From Salpingoeca rosetta (taxonomy: Eukaryota > Protista > Choanoflagellata), in assembly GCA_033442325.1 (NCBI GenBank), contig JAWQFM010000006.1:2025386-2089385 (forward strand): a DNA stretch of 64,000 nucleotides, in the 5' to 3' direction. Under the pieces are notes generated by a model. It was not told the DNA's origin. It worked only from the letters and a program-made list of their open reading frames with translations, and ran no database searches. Made by a program: the position numbers and the translations under genes. Below are positions 37,115 through 51,178 of the stretch, piece after piece (the first letter of the stretch is position 1; each line of letters begins with the position of its first letter).

Positions 37115-40100
37115 AACTGTCTTGGCTGCCATGAACAAGGTGCTGAGCTCACGGCATGCCTGCCTGCTGTGACCACATGTGTTGTATGGACACAACAACG
37201 ATCATCAGCATGACGTGTACGATGCGCAGCTGTTTGAGACGTATCTCAAGCTGCCAAAGCGCGCCCCGCAGTCCATTGCGTACGTCCCCAGATGAAACAC
37301 GTGCCGACATGGGCATTGCTCATGCTCGCGCAGGGCGCATCTTGCGGTGTTGTGGCTGTTTGGTTGGTGATGCGTCATTCAAATACACTCCCAAACACTC
37401 CCAAACACACCAACACATACTCAGAGACACAGACACACACGCAGACACAGATGAGCATGCATTCGACAGAGTCAATCCCATCTCATTTACCTGTTGCGCA
37501 TTTTGTCAGTCCAACACGCAAGGAAGGCGACATTGCATTCACGGTTGCGCACACGGGCCTGCAGCTTCCTGGTGCGCTCCTATCTGTGCGCTTACATGTG
37601 TGCGTGTGTGCGTGAACACAACTTTGAGCGTGTGCTGCATGTCCACGCACACATTTATTCATTCATTCATTCGTTCGTTCGTTCGTTCGTTCATTCGTTC
37701 GTTCATTCGTTCATTGATTCATCCATTCGGTTATTTACTCGTTTTGTTCTTTCGTTGTATGCTGCACGACTGTGAACGCTCAGGTGTCGATCTCTCAAAC
37801 GAGAATGACGATACGCCATTCATCACCGAGTTTCTGGAGCATCTCTTCCGCCAGGTCCGCTAAAGCAACGCGATCACCATACATGTCACGTTTGCCTGCA
37901 TACACACACGCGCGCGCACGCACCACAACGCATACACACGCTTGCACGCACGCATGCACGCACGCACGTACGTGTAATTGTGAGCGCACCCTCACCTCTC
38001 GCTTGCTGCTTGCCTGTGGTGCAGAAGAGTGTGACATCGCCCAAACCGTTTGATCGCTATCTCCAGGAGCGATTTGTCAAGCGTGTCTTCGCCGAATGTG
38101 AGTTATGGAGAGGGGCGAACAGCGCAGTCATCCCCGCAATTCTTTGCCATTTCTTCAGCATGATTGCAGACACACACGCACACGTGCACACGCATACACA
38201 CATACACACACATATATACACATGCTCACTCCATGTTGCACGTGTACAAAACACCCTTCCATGCAACCACCCCCTTATTAGCCAAGCTGGCGAGCGGCGA
38301 TGACAAACCGGACACGCACGCCGCCGTGCTGTCTGATCTTGGGAACGTGGAAGCATTCAACAAGCAGGTGGGGATATGTACTGTACGCATGTTTGTGCAC
38401 GTATGTTGGCTGAAGAGGATGCGCGCCTTTGTGTTTTCGTGCAACCACCCACTGACAACACACACTAAAACACACACACACACACACACTAACACACACA
38501 CACAACCACACACACACACACGCACGCACAACCACACACTAACACACATACACACACACACACACACGAACACACACAACCTCTCTCTTCCTCCCTCCTC
38601 CCCAGAAACGGCTCGAGTTTACGCGGCAGAACAAGCAGCAGTACGGTGTGGGCGAACCCGTTGTGCTCAGCGTCGAACTCAAGAACATCCCATCCCTCGA
38701 CGTGCAGGTGTGTGTTTGTGTGCGTGTGTTTGTGTGCGTGTGTTTGTGTGCGTGTGTTTGTGTGCGTGTGTTGTGTGTGCTTTGATTGTGAATGTTGACG
38801 CGTCGCATAACAGCGAGCCCCTGTCACTCCTTTCCTTCCTTCCTTTTCCTCCCTCCTTACCGACAGGTGTTTGAGGTCAACACGTTCAACTACTACAAGG
38901 ACAAGTCTGAGCCTGTGCCGGCCAAGCTCAACATCGACGGTCTGCTCCCAAACCTCAAGGCCACGCGCTCCTACAAGGAGTTTCCGAGCATCGCCATGTG
39001 AGTTGGCGGAATGTGCGTGTTTGGGCGCGGATGTCTCCGCTCCTCTTCCATCTCCTTTTCTCTCGGTTCCTCTCCATTTCGCTCAAATTCGCTCCATGTC
39101 TCTCCATGTCTCTCCTTGCTTTTTTTTTTCTTCGTGACACCCATTTCTTCAACCTCAACATTGCCTGCATGCACGCCGAACATTCCTGCAGCCATCGTCA
39201 CGATCTGGAGCTGCAGGAGATCAAGCGACGCGGCGTGTACCTGGTCGAACTCAGGGGTGGCGGCCTCAGCAGGTTGGGCAGACAAGTGGAGACGCGTGAT
39301 GTTGGTGCTCTTGCATCGGGCAACTCGCTCTGTTCACTTACTCGTGTGCCTCACCTCACACGCACACACCCACTCACTCACTCACTCACTCACTCACTCA
39401 CTCACTCACTCACTCACTCACTCACTCACTCACTCACTCACTCACTCACTCACTCACTCACTCTCTCTCTCTCTCTCTCACACACACTCACTCACATTCA
39501 CTCACTCACTCACTCACTTACTCACAAACATGCACACGCACGCACACTCCCCCCCGCCCCCAGCCGAGCCATGGTCTCTGTGGGGCAGCTGTATGCAACC
39601 ACGGCGGCTGGCGTTGCCGGCACGGAGGTGCGCGTGTACAACGAGCTGGGCGAGCACTTGCCCGAAGCAACCGTGTGGATGGAAGGCCGCGAGTACGGGC
39701 GCAGCAGAGCCGAGCACAACCACATCTCGCTGCCGTTCTCCAGCCACGCGCGCCGCGCAAAGGTGATTCTGCAGCACGACGGGTTTTACGCGCTGGCGAC
39801 GGTGCCGCTGTACGATGAGCAGTACAGCTTCTCCTTCCAGTGCCTGGTCAACCACGAGACTGCGATCCAAGGCAACTTGCAGGCCAGGCTGGTGCTGCTG
39901 CCCAAGCTCACCGCCAACGACGACACGTGCGTCCCGCCCACACTCATTGCGCAGCCGCGCGTCACCACCACCTTCCGCGACAGGGCGGCCAACGTGCTGA
40001 CGCAGGCAGACCACGGCATTGCGTTCTCGGACACCGCCGACGTGGAGGTGGTGGTGAAGGTGCCGCCGGGCGCGGCCACGCTCGACGTTGCCGTCAGCGG

Positions 40101-43100
40101 CAGCATCACCAAGCTGGACGGCACCAAGGAGCAGGTCTCGCACATGACCACGCACCGCCTCCTGGACACGTCTGTCGTGGGCAGCCTCGTGCCAGATGCA
40201 TCGAGCATGCAGGCGACCATCGACAACATTTACCTTGTCAACACGGGCACTGCGTATGTGCTTCACGTACGTGGCCGCTGCGGTGAGGCGCGCAAAGGCG
40301 TGCAGCTGACCCTCACCATGCAGCACGCGTTCCTGGTCCGCGCCATCACCACAACGCTGCAGACGGACGAGCACGGCCAGGTCGTGCTTGGGCCCCTCGC
40401 CAACGTGCTGTCGCTGCAGGCCACGCTGCGCAGCGGGCACTACCGCCGCTGGCGTGTGCAGGACATTCACGGCAACCACCCACTGCCTTCCTCGCTCACA
40501 GTCATGGAGTCTGAGGCATTTGATTTGCCGTTTGACAGCAGCAGCAGCAACAGTGGCAGGAGTGGTGCTGCTGCTGATGCGGTGCGGCTGTTTGCTGAGG
40601 ACGCCAACTCGGGCCTGCTCACCATGCCCGTGGACAACGCAATCACGTTCGCGCACGGCCACATGCGGGTAACGCTGCCCTGTGCAGGGAACTACAAGCT
40701 GCTCATCACACGCCCGAGCCTCGAGTCCAGCAGCGTCACGGCCATTTCCATCACAGCCTTGCCTCGCAACCTGCCGGCCCTTTGCCGGGGCACACTCCCA
40801 CCGCTTCCCGCGTCCTCATCAGGCGCGCGTGGTGGTAGTGGTAGCGCAAGTGCTGGCGGTGGTGCAAGGACGTACACGGCGTGCCCGCAGCTGGTGGGCG
40901 GCTCCCTGTCGCCAGCGCTCGTGCACGTGCGCGAAATGTCGGCAAACAGAGACACCGGTGACGTGCGCGTGTGTCTTGGCAATGCACAGGCCACCACCCG
41001 CGTGCACGTGTTCACGCGCTGGTCAAGCGTGGGCGAACCGGAACTGGAGGCCCTGGAGAGCGGGGACGACTGCCTTTCTGGCGACGACAACCACCACGCC
41101 CCAGCCGATGCGCCGCCGCCAGAGTGCCGCTACCTCTCTGGACGCGTGCTGTCTGAGGAGCACCAGTACGTGCTGCGTCGCAAGGCCATGCCGCCGCGGC
41201 TGGGGAACATGCTGCCAAAGCCCACGCTCGTGCTCAACCCGGCTGAGGTGCGGGAGACGGAGACGCGACGGGAGCACCTGGAGCGCGAGAAGGCATGGCG
41301 CAAGGACGACATGCAGGGCGCCATGGGCTGTCGTCGCAGGATGCGTCGCGCTGGCGGGAAGAGCGCCAAGAAGAAGATGTACGGTGGCGCCATGGCCATG
41401 CCAACGCTTGAGGCCGTGTCGTGCTACGACTGGCTGGAGACACCCGCAGCCGTTGTCACCAACCTGCGGCCCGCGGTGGAGGGCGCAGATGGCAGTGGTG
41501 ATGGCAGCTCGGGCGCCGGGGTTGGTGTTGTGACGGTGAAGCTGACGAAGAAGGCGCTTGCTGCTGCATCGCGGGTGTTTGTTGTTGTGGTGGACGAGGG
41601 CCAGCTCCTGTTTGACAGCACCGCTGTGTCGTCCACAAGCGCCACCAGCGGCAGCGACAGCAGCAAGGCAGCCGTGCCGCGCGCACGCGATGTGCGGCAC
41701 TCGTGGCCACACGACCTTGAAACGCCATACGCAGAGCAACGCGAGGTGATTGCTGTCAATGCCAGTGAGCCGTGGTCGTCATCGTCATCATCAGCGTCGC
41801 AATCGGCATCTGATACGGATGCATCACCACCAGCGGCGGCTGCTGGGAGCAGCGCGGACGGGGCCGTGTTTGAGACGGTGGACACGGTTGGCAAGCTGTT
41901 TTCGTCGCTGGTGTCACTGCTGCCCAACAGCGACGCCGCGTCGGCGCTGAGCAAGTTCTCGTTCCTCGCGTCCTGGCCCACGCTGTCCACAGAGGCAAAG
42001 ACGCAGCACTACGCGGACAACTACTGCCACGAGCTGAACCTGTTCATCTTCAACAAGGACCCCACCTTCTTCGAGGAGGTCGTGCGGCCGCACCTTGCCA
42101 GCAAGCTGGACAAGGACGTGATGGACTGCTGTCTGCTCTACTCCAACCTGGACGCGTGCCTGCCGGCGCTGCGGCGTCGCCAGCCGCTGGCGGACTGCCC
42201 TGCTGTCGAGCAGTTCCTGCTGGCGTGGCGCGGCGTGCTCTCTGCACCGGAGCTTGCGTCGCTGATGCAGGCGACCACCAAGGACATGCGCAACTCGCCC
42301 GAGATTGCCGGGCTGTTTGACCGCCTCATCACCGCCAAGCAGCAGGCCGTTGAGGAGGAGCAGCAGCTGCAGCACGCCCTGCACGCCATGGCGGACGAAG
42401 AGGAGGAAGAGAGCGAGGCTGGCGAGGGCGCGATGGGAGGCGCAGACATGGACTTTTTCATGGCCCAGCCCATGGCGGCAGCGCCGCAAGCGGAGATGAT
42501 GGAAGCATCGGCCTTGTTCGACATGGACACAACAACAGCAGCAGCGCCACCACCGCCGCCGGCAGCAGCACGCGCTGCCCCCCGCATGCTCATGTCAGCC
42601 GCACCAGCGCCCGGAGCGATGCTCAGCCGCGCTCGCCGCACAGCAGATGTGACGCGGGACCGCATGGCTGCGCCAAAGCTGGCCGCCCCCGTGGGCAAGA
42701 CGAAGGAGTACACGGAGAAGACGTACTGGGACCACAACGCAGAGAAGCGCTTCCACTTGCGGGTGACGCCCTTCTGGGCAGACTGCGTGTCGGCGCTTGC
42801 TGCCAGTGGTGCTGGTGACAGTGACAGTGATGGTGATGGTGTTGGTCGACCGACGTGCATGGCGCGCACGTGGCTGCACGCGACCAAGACGGTGAATGAG
42901 GCGCTTCTTGCGTTGGCCATTGTTGACCTTCCCTTTGACAATACCATGGCTGTGGATGAGGAGCAGCGCGTCACGCACACGGGCAACTGCTTTGTTCTCA
43001 CGCGCGCACTTCGCCCCGTCCACACGCGCGAGGAAGGCAAGATGATGGTCTTCCAGACGTTTTTCGATCCCCAGGGCGCTGTTGACGCCGCCGCCCCAGA

Positions 43101-44065
43101 AGAGTAAGTGGGTGTGTGGGTGTTGGGTGGGGGGGGGGTGTACTTTGTTTGTTTTGTTAGTTCGGTTATATTTTTGCTTTGCTTTGTCTGTTTGTTTGTT
43201 TGTTTGTTTGTTTGTTTGTTTGTTTGTTTGTTTGTTTGTTTGTTTGTTTGTTTGTTTGTTTGTTTGTTTGTTTGTTTGTTTGTTTGTTTGTTTGTTTGTT
43301 TGGTCGAGTGCGTTCCAGCTCGCGCCAAACTCACCACACACTCGCTGTCTCTCTCACGATGCCCCCTCCCCCTCTTCTTCTCCGTTTCTCCACCGCGGCT
43401 GCCCAGGTTTGAGACGGGCCGCGTGTATGGAAGCCGGATCATCTGCACGAACATGACGAGCACGACTGGGCAGCTGGATCTCCTTCGCCAGGTGCCCAAC
43501 GGAGCGGTGCCGCTGCCCACCGTCAGCAGCAAGCGCAGCGAGCACGTGCCTATCTCGCCCTTTGGCAACCACCGCCTGGAGGTGTTCTTCTACTTCCCGC
43601 TTCCTGGCGAATTCGCGTGCTATCCGGCCTGCCTCTCCAAGGAAGGAGCACTTCTCTCCATGGCGCCCCTGCAACGCGTCAAGGTGCGTCGACGTTTGTG
43701 TGCGTGTGCGTGTATGTGTATGCGTGTGCGTTTAAGTGTATGCGTGTGCGTTTAAGTGTGTGTGTGTGTGTGTGCGTGTGTGCCTGTTTGTGTGTGGTTT
43801 TCGTTCCAACATCAAGCGCAAGATCTTTGTCTCACGTGCGTGGCTTCCACCGCCACGATTCACTGCCCCAGGCTGTGACGACGCTGTCCACGTACGACAC
43901 GACGTCCTGGCCCGCGGTCGCCGCGCACGGAACCAATGACGAGGTGTGACCTCAGACAGAGGCCAGAAGGAAGGGCAGGTGGTGTGGTGGCGAAGGATGA
44001 GTGAAATAAGGATGAAGCGATGTGCAAACGAGGGTTTTGCTTGCATTCGAGAGGAACGATAGTGT

Positions 44066-44137
<72 letters not shown>

Positions 44138-44946
44138 TTGCTTCACATGTCTCACTCGCTGCGACTGTGCGCGCGTGTGCTTGTGTGGCTGTGCTGCTGC
44201 GTCAGGTGTTGGCGTTCTTGCGCGAGAATCCCAAGAGCCAGGCGGAGATCCACCTTGTGCTCTGGCGCCTGCGTGACAAGCAGTTCTTCCTTGAGTTGGG
44301 TACGTCACAACAACATCTGCAGCCATATACAGATGCTGCTATTCCAAGGGCGTTTCCATTCAAGCTTGCACACATGAATGCACGTCGGGTTTACACACCA
44401 GTTGTGTTGTCACTCTTCACCCCCACTCACTCCCCCACTCCACCCTCTCTCGCACACATACACACGCCCCGCTCCACCCTCTCTCGCAAACACGCACACA
44501 CACACACATACACACGCACCACTGTTCCACGGGCTGCAGTTTCGCTGCTGCGCAAGACAGGCGCGTTTTTCCAGAATGTGTGGGCGTATGCGTTTCTGCA
44601 CCGGGACGAGGCGAGTCTTGCCGAGTACATGGCCGCCAACCAGCGCCAGTTTGGGCCGGGCGTGCACGCGAAGCTGCTCACCACGCCATGGAACCTCAAC
44701 TTCAGGGTATCCCTTTGCATGCAGCACTTTGAAGTTTGTGTGCCTTTGTGTGTGCGTGTGCGTGAGTGTGTGTGTGTGTGTGTGTCTGTCTGTCTGTCTG
44801 TCTGTCTGTGCGTGTCTGTGCTTTGCCTTTGAATGAGTGAGGTACAAGTGTTGCCATCCCTTTGCACTTTGGTTCCTTCCTTCATTTGACTTGGCCCGCT
44901 CATCTTGATGCCACACTTCACCACACCGCACGCTGTTGTGTTGATG

Positions 44947-44984
<38 letters not shown>

Positions 44985-45301
44985 CTGCTAGCACTCTGAC
45001 TTCTGGCCGGTGATCAACGCGCGTGCGCACAGCATCACGGACGAGAAGACGCAGCTGCTGAACGACGCCATCCTTGAGAAGCAGGCCGCTCTCTTTGGAG
45101 ACCTTGCCTTCAGCGATGCGCTCCCGCCACCAGCTCTGCCGAGCCTGTGCTACTTTCTCATCCTGGAGGATGATGTGGACGGTGCGCGCACCATGCTGCA
45201 GCGTGCCCGCGCGTCGCTGCGCGATGATGAGGTCTGCAGTCTTCAGCTCGACTATCTCGAGTGCTACCTCGACTTTTTCAAGGTGCGCAAGTGTGAACCT
45301 G

Positions 45302-45383
<82 letters not shown>

Positions 45384-45674
45384 ATGCAGGTGCATGCGTG
45401 TGTGTGTGTGTGTGCAAGTTTTCGTGCATGTGCAAACCAATGACCGCTTGTCCACCACACAAACGACCTTCTTCCCCTTCCTGACCAATCCTCCTCCTCG
45501 CTTCCCCCCCCCCCACCACCTCCTTGCATTGCCACCTGCCAGGGCCCCGAGCTGACCGCTGCACGCGAAATTGTTGCCAAGCGCGCCAAGATGTCCCTCC
45601 CCGGATGGCAGTCCAAGTTCCAGAGCGTACGTTCCTGTTGTGCGTGCGTGCGTGTCTGTGTGTGTGTGTGTGTC

Positions 45675-45715
<41 letters not shown>

Positions 45716-45738
45716 GCGTCCGTCTGTTTGTGTGTGGG

Positions 45739-45769
<31 letters not shown>

Positions 45770-46740
45770 TTGTGTGTGTGTGTGTGTGTGTGTCTGTCGG
45801 TCTGTCTGTCTGCCTGTGGGCATTTCAACGTGTACGGTCCTTGGTTGTGGTCAACCCGCACAACAATCAAGTCCACATGACGATGACAGCGCGTACACCT
45901 TCCCTCACCTCACTCCCTTTGGCGACACACATCGCACTTTCGATGCGAAACACAAATTGCCTTCAGATTGGGGAGATGATTGCTGAGATTGACTCTGGTG
46001 AGGCCGTGTCGGCGGAATCGCAGGCCCGCGCCGCCCTTCCCGCCATGGACATTTCTCTCGACAACAACGACGTCGTCATCTCATACTCGGTGTGTTGTGT
46101 GAATGTGTGTGTGTGTGTGTGTGTTGTGAATGTGTGTGTGTGTGTCTGTGACTGCGTGTGTGTTGTGAATTTGTGTCTGTGTGTCTGTGTGTGTCTGTTG
46201 TTTGGCTCTTATCCTTTGTAACTCTGCTCACGTGCTTGTGTTGTATTCCCTCTCGAGCAGGGCATGGCGCCCGGGGCGACGGCGACAGTGAGCTTCTACG
46301 TGATGGACATTGAGCTGTTGTTTTCCTCACAGCCGTTTGGACAGGACGGCAAGAAGTCATCCATTTACGTCCTTCCAAACATCTCCACCAAGGTCGGAGA
46401 ACACACGTGCACGTTGCTGTTGCAACATTGTCGACGTTGTGTCATGTAACTCCACAACCTCATGCCACCATCGCTGTGTCGCCCACGACGGCCCAGATAC
46501 CAAAGCGTCTCACCAGCTCCTTGCTCATGTTTGGATTCCTCTCAACTGTGTTTTTGCGGGGGGGTTTTTTTTTTGTTGTTGTTGTTGTTCTTGATTTTCA
46601 AGGTGCCGCTGCCTGACGGCAAGAGCTCTGTGACTTATGCGCTTCCGTCTGGCGCCCGCACGCACGACGGCCTTGTTGAGGTCACCTGCGCCGGCCTCAC
46701 CCGCTCCCTCAACTTTTTCTCCTCCCAACTCCGCGTCCAG
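34894..46740 (+). CDS. Very large (>2000 aa) multi-exon protein resembling Dictyostelium actin-binding protein F and uncharacterised bacterial giant proteins; 3' end lost in the gap
   Basis: N-terminal [19 protein letters not shown]; internal [102 protein letters not shown]. One exon is about 3.5 kb (39563-43104). The family call is from memory of these motifs. Confidence 0.7.
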
Positions 46741-46872
46741 GTGTGTGCGTGTGTGTGTGTGTCTGTGTGTGTGTGTGTGTGTCTGTGTCTGTGTGTGTGT
46801 GTGTGTCTGTGTCTGTGTGGATGTGTGTCTGTGTCTGTGTGTATGGGGTCTCTCTCTGTCTCTCTCTCTCTG

Positions 46873-46904
<32 letters not shown>

Positions 46905-46912
46905 TGTCTCTC

Positions 46913-46943
<31 letters not shown>

Positions 46944-47908
46944 GNNNNNNNNNNNNNNNNNNNNNNNNNNNNNNNNNNNNNNNNNNNNNNNNNNNNNNNN
47001 NNNNNNNNNNNNNNNNNNNNNNNNNNNNNNNNNNNNNNNNNNNNNNNNNNNNNNNNNNNNNNNNNNNNNNNNNNNNNNNNNNNNNNNNNNNNNNNNNNNN
47101 NNNNNNNNNNNNNNNNNNNNNNNNNNNNNNNNNNNNNNNNNNNNNNNNNNNNNNNNNNNNNNNNNNNNNNNNNNNNNNNNNNNNNNNNNNNNNNNNNNNN
47201 NNNNNNNNNNNNNNNNNNNNNNNNNNNNNNNNNNNNNNNNNNNNNNNNNNNNNNNNNNNNNNNNNNNNNNNNNNNNNNNNNNNNNNNNNNNNNNNNNNNN
47301 NNNNNNNNNNNNNNNNNNNNNNNNNNNNNNNNNNNNNNNNNNNNNNNNNNNNNNNNNNNNNNNNNNNNNNNNNNNNNNNNNNNNNNNNNNNNNNNNNNNN
47401 NNNNNNNNNNNNNNNNNNNNNNNNNNNNNNNNNNNNNNNNNNNNNNNNNNNNNNNNNNNNNNNNNNNNNNNNNNNNNNNNNNNNNNNNNNNNNNNNNNNN
47501 NNNNNNNNNNNNNNNNNNNNNNNNNNNNNNNNNNNNNNNNNNNNNNNNNNNNNNNNNNNNNNNNNNNNNNNNNNNNNNNNNNNNNNNNNNNNNNNNNNNN
47601 NNNNNNNNNNNNNNNNNNNNNNNNNNNNNNNNNNNNNNNNNNNNNNNNNNNNNNNNNNNNNNNNNNNNNNNNNNNNNNNNNNNNNNNNNNNNNNNNNNNN
47701 NNNNNNNNNNNNNNNNNNNNNNNNNNNNNNNNNNNNNNNNNNNNNNNNNNNNNNNNNNNNNNNNNNNNNNNNNNNNNNNNNNNNNNNNNNNNNNNNNNNN
47801 NNNNNNNNNNNNNNNNNNNNNNNNNNNNNNNNNNNNNNNNNNNNNNNNNNNNNNNNNNNNNNNNNNNNNNNNNNNNNNNNNNNNNCCAACGACGACCGTA
47901 CGTACGAC

Positions 47909-47963
<55 letters not shown>

Positions 47964-48066
47964 ACACGCACATACACACACACACACGAACACACGCACG
48001 TGAACAAACACTTTGTTCGCACTGCTCACGTCCCGCATGTAAATTGTTGCGTGGCTTGTTTCGCAG

Positions 48067-49417
48067 GGCTTGGAGGAAGTGCTGTGTCAGGCGTGTGAGG
48101 ACGTTGGCTACCGCCGTCCAACGCCAGTGCAGGAGGCTGCCATTCCGCCCGCGCTGGAGGGCAAGGATATTGTTGGTATTGCCAAGACGGGTAGCGGCAA
48201 AACGGCAGCGTTTGCCCTGCCTGTCATGCACAGTCTTATCAACGCGCGCCCACGCGAACGCCGCTTCCATGCTCTCGTCATGGCGCCAACCCGGTGAGGC
48301 AGCGAGGGGAGAATGCATGCGTGCACATGCTCTTGTGTGTGTGGGGGGGGGGTCTGCGTCCGCGTGTGTGTCTGTGTGCGTCTGTGTCTTGTCTGTTCTG
48401 TGTGTCTGAGTGCACGTGTGCTTCTCTTTCTGTCTGTGCGCACGCACCTGCTCCTCTTTGTGGTGTCAATGGTTGCTTGTAGCTGGCTTCTACGGCCGCA
48501 TGCTGCTGACTGTGGCCATTTGCCCGTCCTTCCTCGCCTTGCGTTTTTGTCGCTGTGTATACAGCGAGCTTGCACAGCAGATTGAGGGCGAGTTCAAGGC
48601 CCTCGGTGCCACGATCGGTCTCAAAACAGGTGAGAGAATGAAGCAGTTGCGGTTCGCTGCACTGTTTTGTGGAGTTACACGGCCTACGAGGGTTGCTTCC
48701 TGTCATGTCAAACTTTTCTTGTGCATGCTAGCAAATACACATGCACCACGGGCATGCAACCGTGCGTGCGTGCATCTGCTGGCCCGCGAACAAGCTGACA
48801 CATATACACTCCAACCATGCCATCCTCAGCCCTCCTTGTTGGTGGGCTGAGCCTGCAGCAGCAGCAGGACCGGTTGAGTCAGAACCCGCACGTGCTCATT
48901 GCCACACCTGGCCGTATCCTGCACCATTTGGAGCGCACAAACGGCTTCAAGCTCAACAACGTCAAGTTCCTGGTGGGTCGCTGGCACAGCGGTATTGCTG
49001 CGCATGCGTCGTGGAAACCATATCTTTGTCTGTGTGTCTGTGTCTTGTGTGCGGACGCAGCAGATACAACAGCACACGCAAACACACAAGCACACACAAG
49101 CACACACAAGCACACACACACACCGAGTTACGCATACATAAGCGCACGCCAACTCACACACCCAATCCCGCGCCCCCACGACTGCGCCGCGCGGCTCCAT
49201 TGCGCTTTAGATTCTCGACGAGGCAGACCGGATGCTGACGCCGGAGTTTGAGCGGGAAATTGACCAGCTCCTTGGGCACATTCCCAAGCGCCGCACAAAC
49301 TTCCTCTTCTCCGCAACGTCAAACGACAAAGTGAAACACCTCATGCACGCCGTCCTCCGCAACCCCGTCCACATCAAAATCAAGCACAAGTGCGTGTGTT
49401 TGAGTGTGTGTGTGTGT

Positions 49418-49470
<53 letters not shown>

Positions 49471-50718
49471 TGCGGCTCGCTTCATCGACGTGTGCTTGTG
49501 TGCTTGTGTGCTTGTGTGTTTCCGCTTTCGGTTCGGTTTGAATTTAGGCTGTGATCGTCATCAGCTCACAGTTCCCGTACGCACCCTGCGGCTGTCGTTG
49601 TGCTTGACAGGGTCAAGACTGTGGATACGCTGGACCAGCACTGCGTGTTTCTTCCGCTGCAGTTCAAGGTGCTGTTCACACGAGCGAGGAGAAGGGAGAA
49701 AGAGTAAGGGAGAAACGGGAGATGGGACTTGAAGGAATGGGAAGCAGTCGCGTGTTGTACTACGCCCAGACGCAATAAGATCTGTCTCTCTGTCTCTCCC
49801 TCTCAGGCCCTCATTGTCCCCCCCCCACCCACCGCGCGCGTTTGCAGGAGACATATCTTGTGTGGTTCTTGCAGCGGCAGGGCTTGCAGGCCGATAGCAG
49901 CGTCATCATCTTCTGCGAAACAAAGCGCGCAACCATGAAGTCAGTTGCCGAGGCGTGATGGCAGGGGAGAGGAGGGAGGGTGGTGGTCGTGGTGGTCGTG
50001 GTGGTCGTGGTGGTGCTGCCGTTACTTGGAATGATGATGATGATGATTGCTGTTCTCAGTTGTGATGTTGGCGTTATCGTCCTGCGTCTGTGCATTGTCC
50101 CTCTCTCTCTCTCTGCCATCTGCGTCCATTGACCCACGTCGTGCGTGTGTCGCACCATGTCACTTGGCGCCAGGCTCGTGCTGATGCTGCGCAAACTCGG
50201 GCTGCGGGCCACGTGTCTGCACGGCAACATGTCCCAGGAAAAGCGCATTGGCGCTCTCGCTCGCTTCAAGACACACAAGGACAAGTCAGTTGTCGCGCCG
50301 TGTGTGTATGCGTTGCGTGTGTGTGTGTATGTGTATGCGCTGTGTGTGTGTATGTGTATGCGCTGTGTGTGTATTTGTGTGTGCCATGTTGCCACGTGCT
50401 TGATGCTTTACGGCCTGTTGCTTACGTGCTATTGTGACGTATTGCTGTTCTGGACGTGTGATCCGCTCGTCCAACTGACTGCACTGTTGCTCACGCATGT
50501 GTGCATGTTGTTTCTTTTGTTTGTTTGTTTGTTTGTTTGTTCGTTTGTTTGTTTGATGTGCAGCGTGCTGGTGTGCACGAATGTTGGTGCGCGTGGTCTT
50601 GACATCCAGGGCGTCGAGCTCGTCATCAACTACGATCTCCCAAAGACGTCCGACGTGAGTTGCAGCTGCAGCTGCTGCTGTACTGCAATTCGTGCCATTG
50701 TGCCGTTTGTGCCGTTTG

Positions 50719-50774
<56 letters not shown>

Positions 50775-51178
50775 CGATTTTGTTGGTGTCTCGCTTCATT
50801 TGCTCACACTCACACTCGCTCTCACACCCACGCTTCACTCACACCCATGCTCGCCATCCCAATGTCACCATGTCGACACGGCAGGTGTATCTGCATCGTG
50901 TTGGGCGAACGGCTCGCGCCGGGCGGTCTGGACGCGCCGTCACATTTGTCACGCAATATGACGTGCCATACTTCAAGGAGATTGAGGCTGGCGTGGGCTT
51001 GGACTTGCCCGTGCGCAAGTACGACAAGGAGTGCAAGGAGCTGTATGCGGAGATTGACGAGGCGTCGCGATACGCCACGCGGGAGATGAAGGAGATTGAG
51101 GCAGAGACGAGGACAAAGCGTGGCGGGAAGCGACAAGCCGGTGGTGGCAACGGCCGCTTCAAGAAGAAGAAGTTCTGA
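48067..51178 (+). CDS. DDX47: DEAD-box RNA helicase DDX47/Rrp3; 5' end at or in the gap
   Basis: Q motif [70 protein letters not shown]. Confidence 0.88.

Noticed and set aside
46945-47885. Long X-containing ORFs spanning N runs (also 3713-4022 and 5394-6302)
   Set aside because: These are assembly gaps, not coding evidence.
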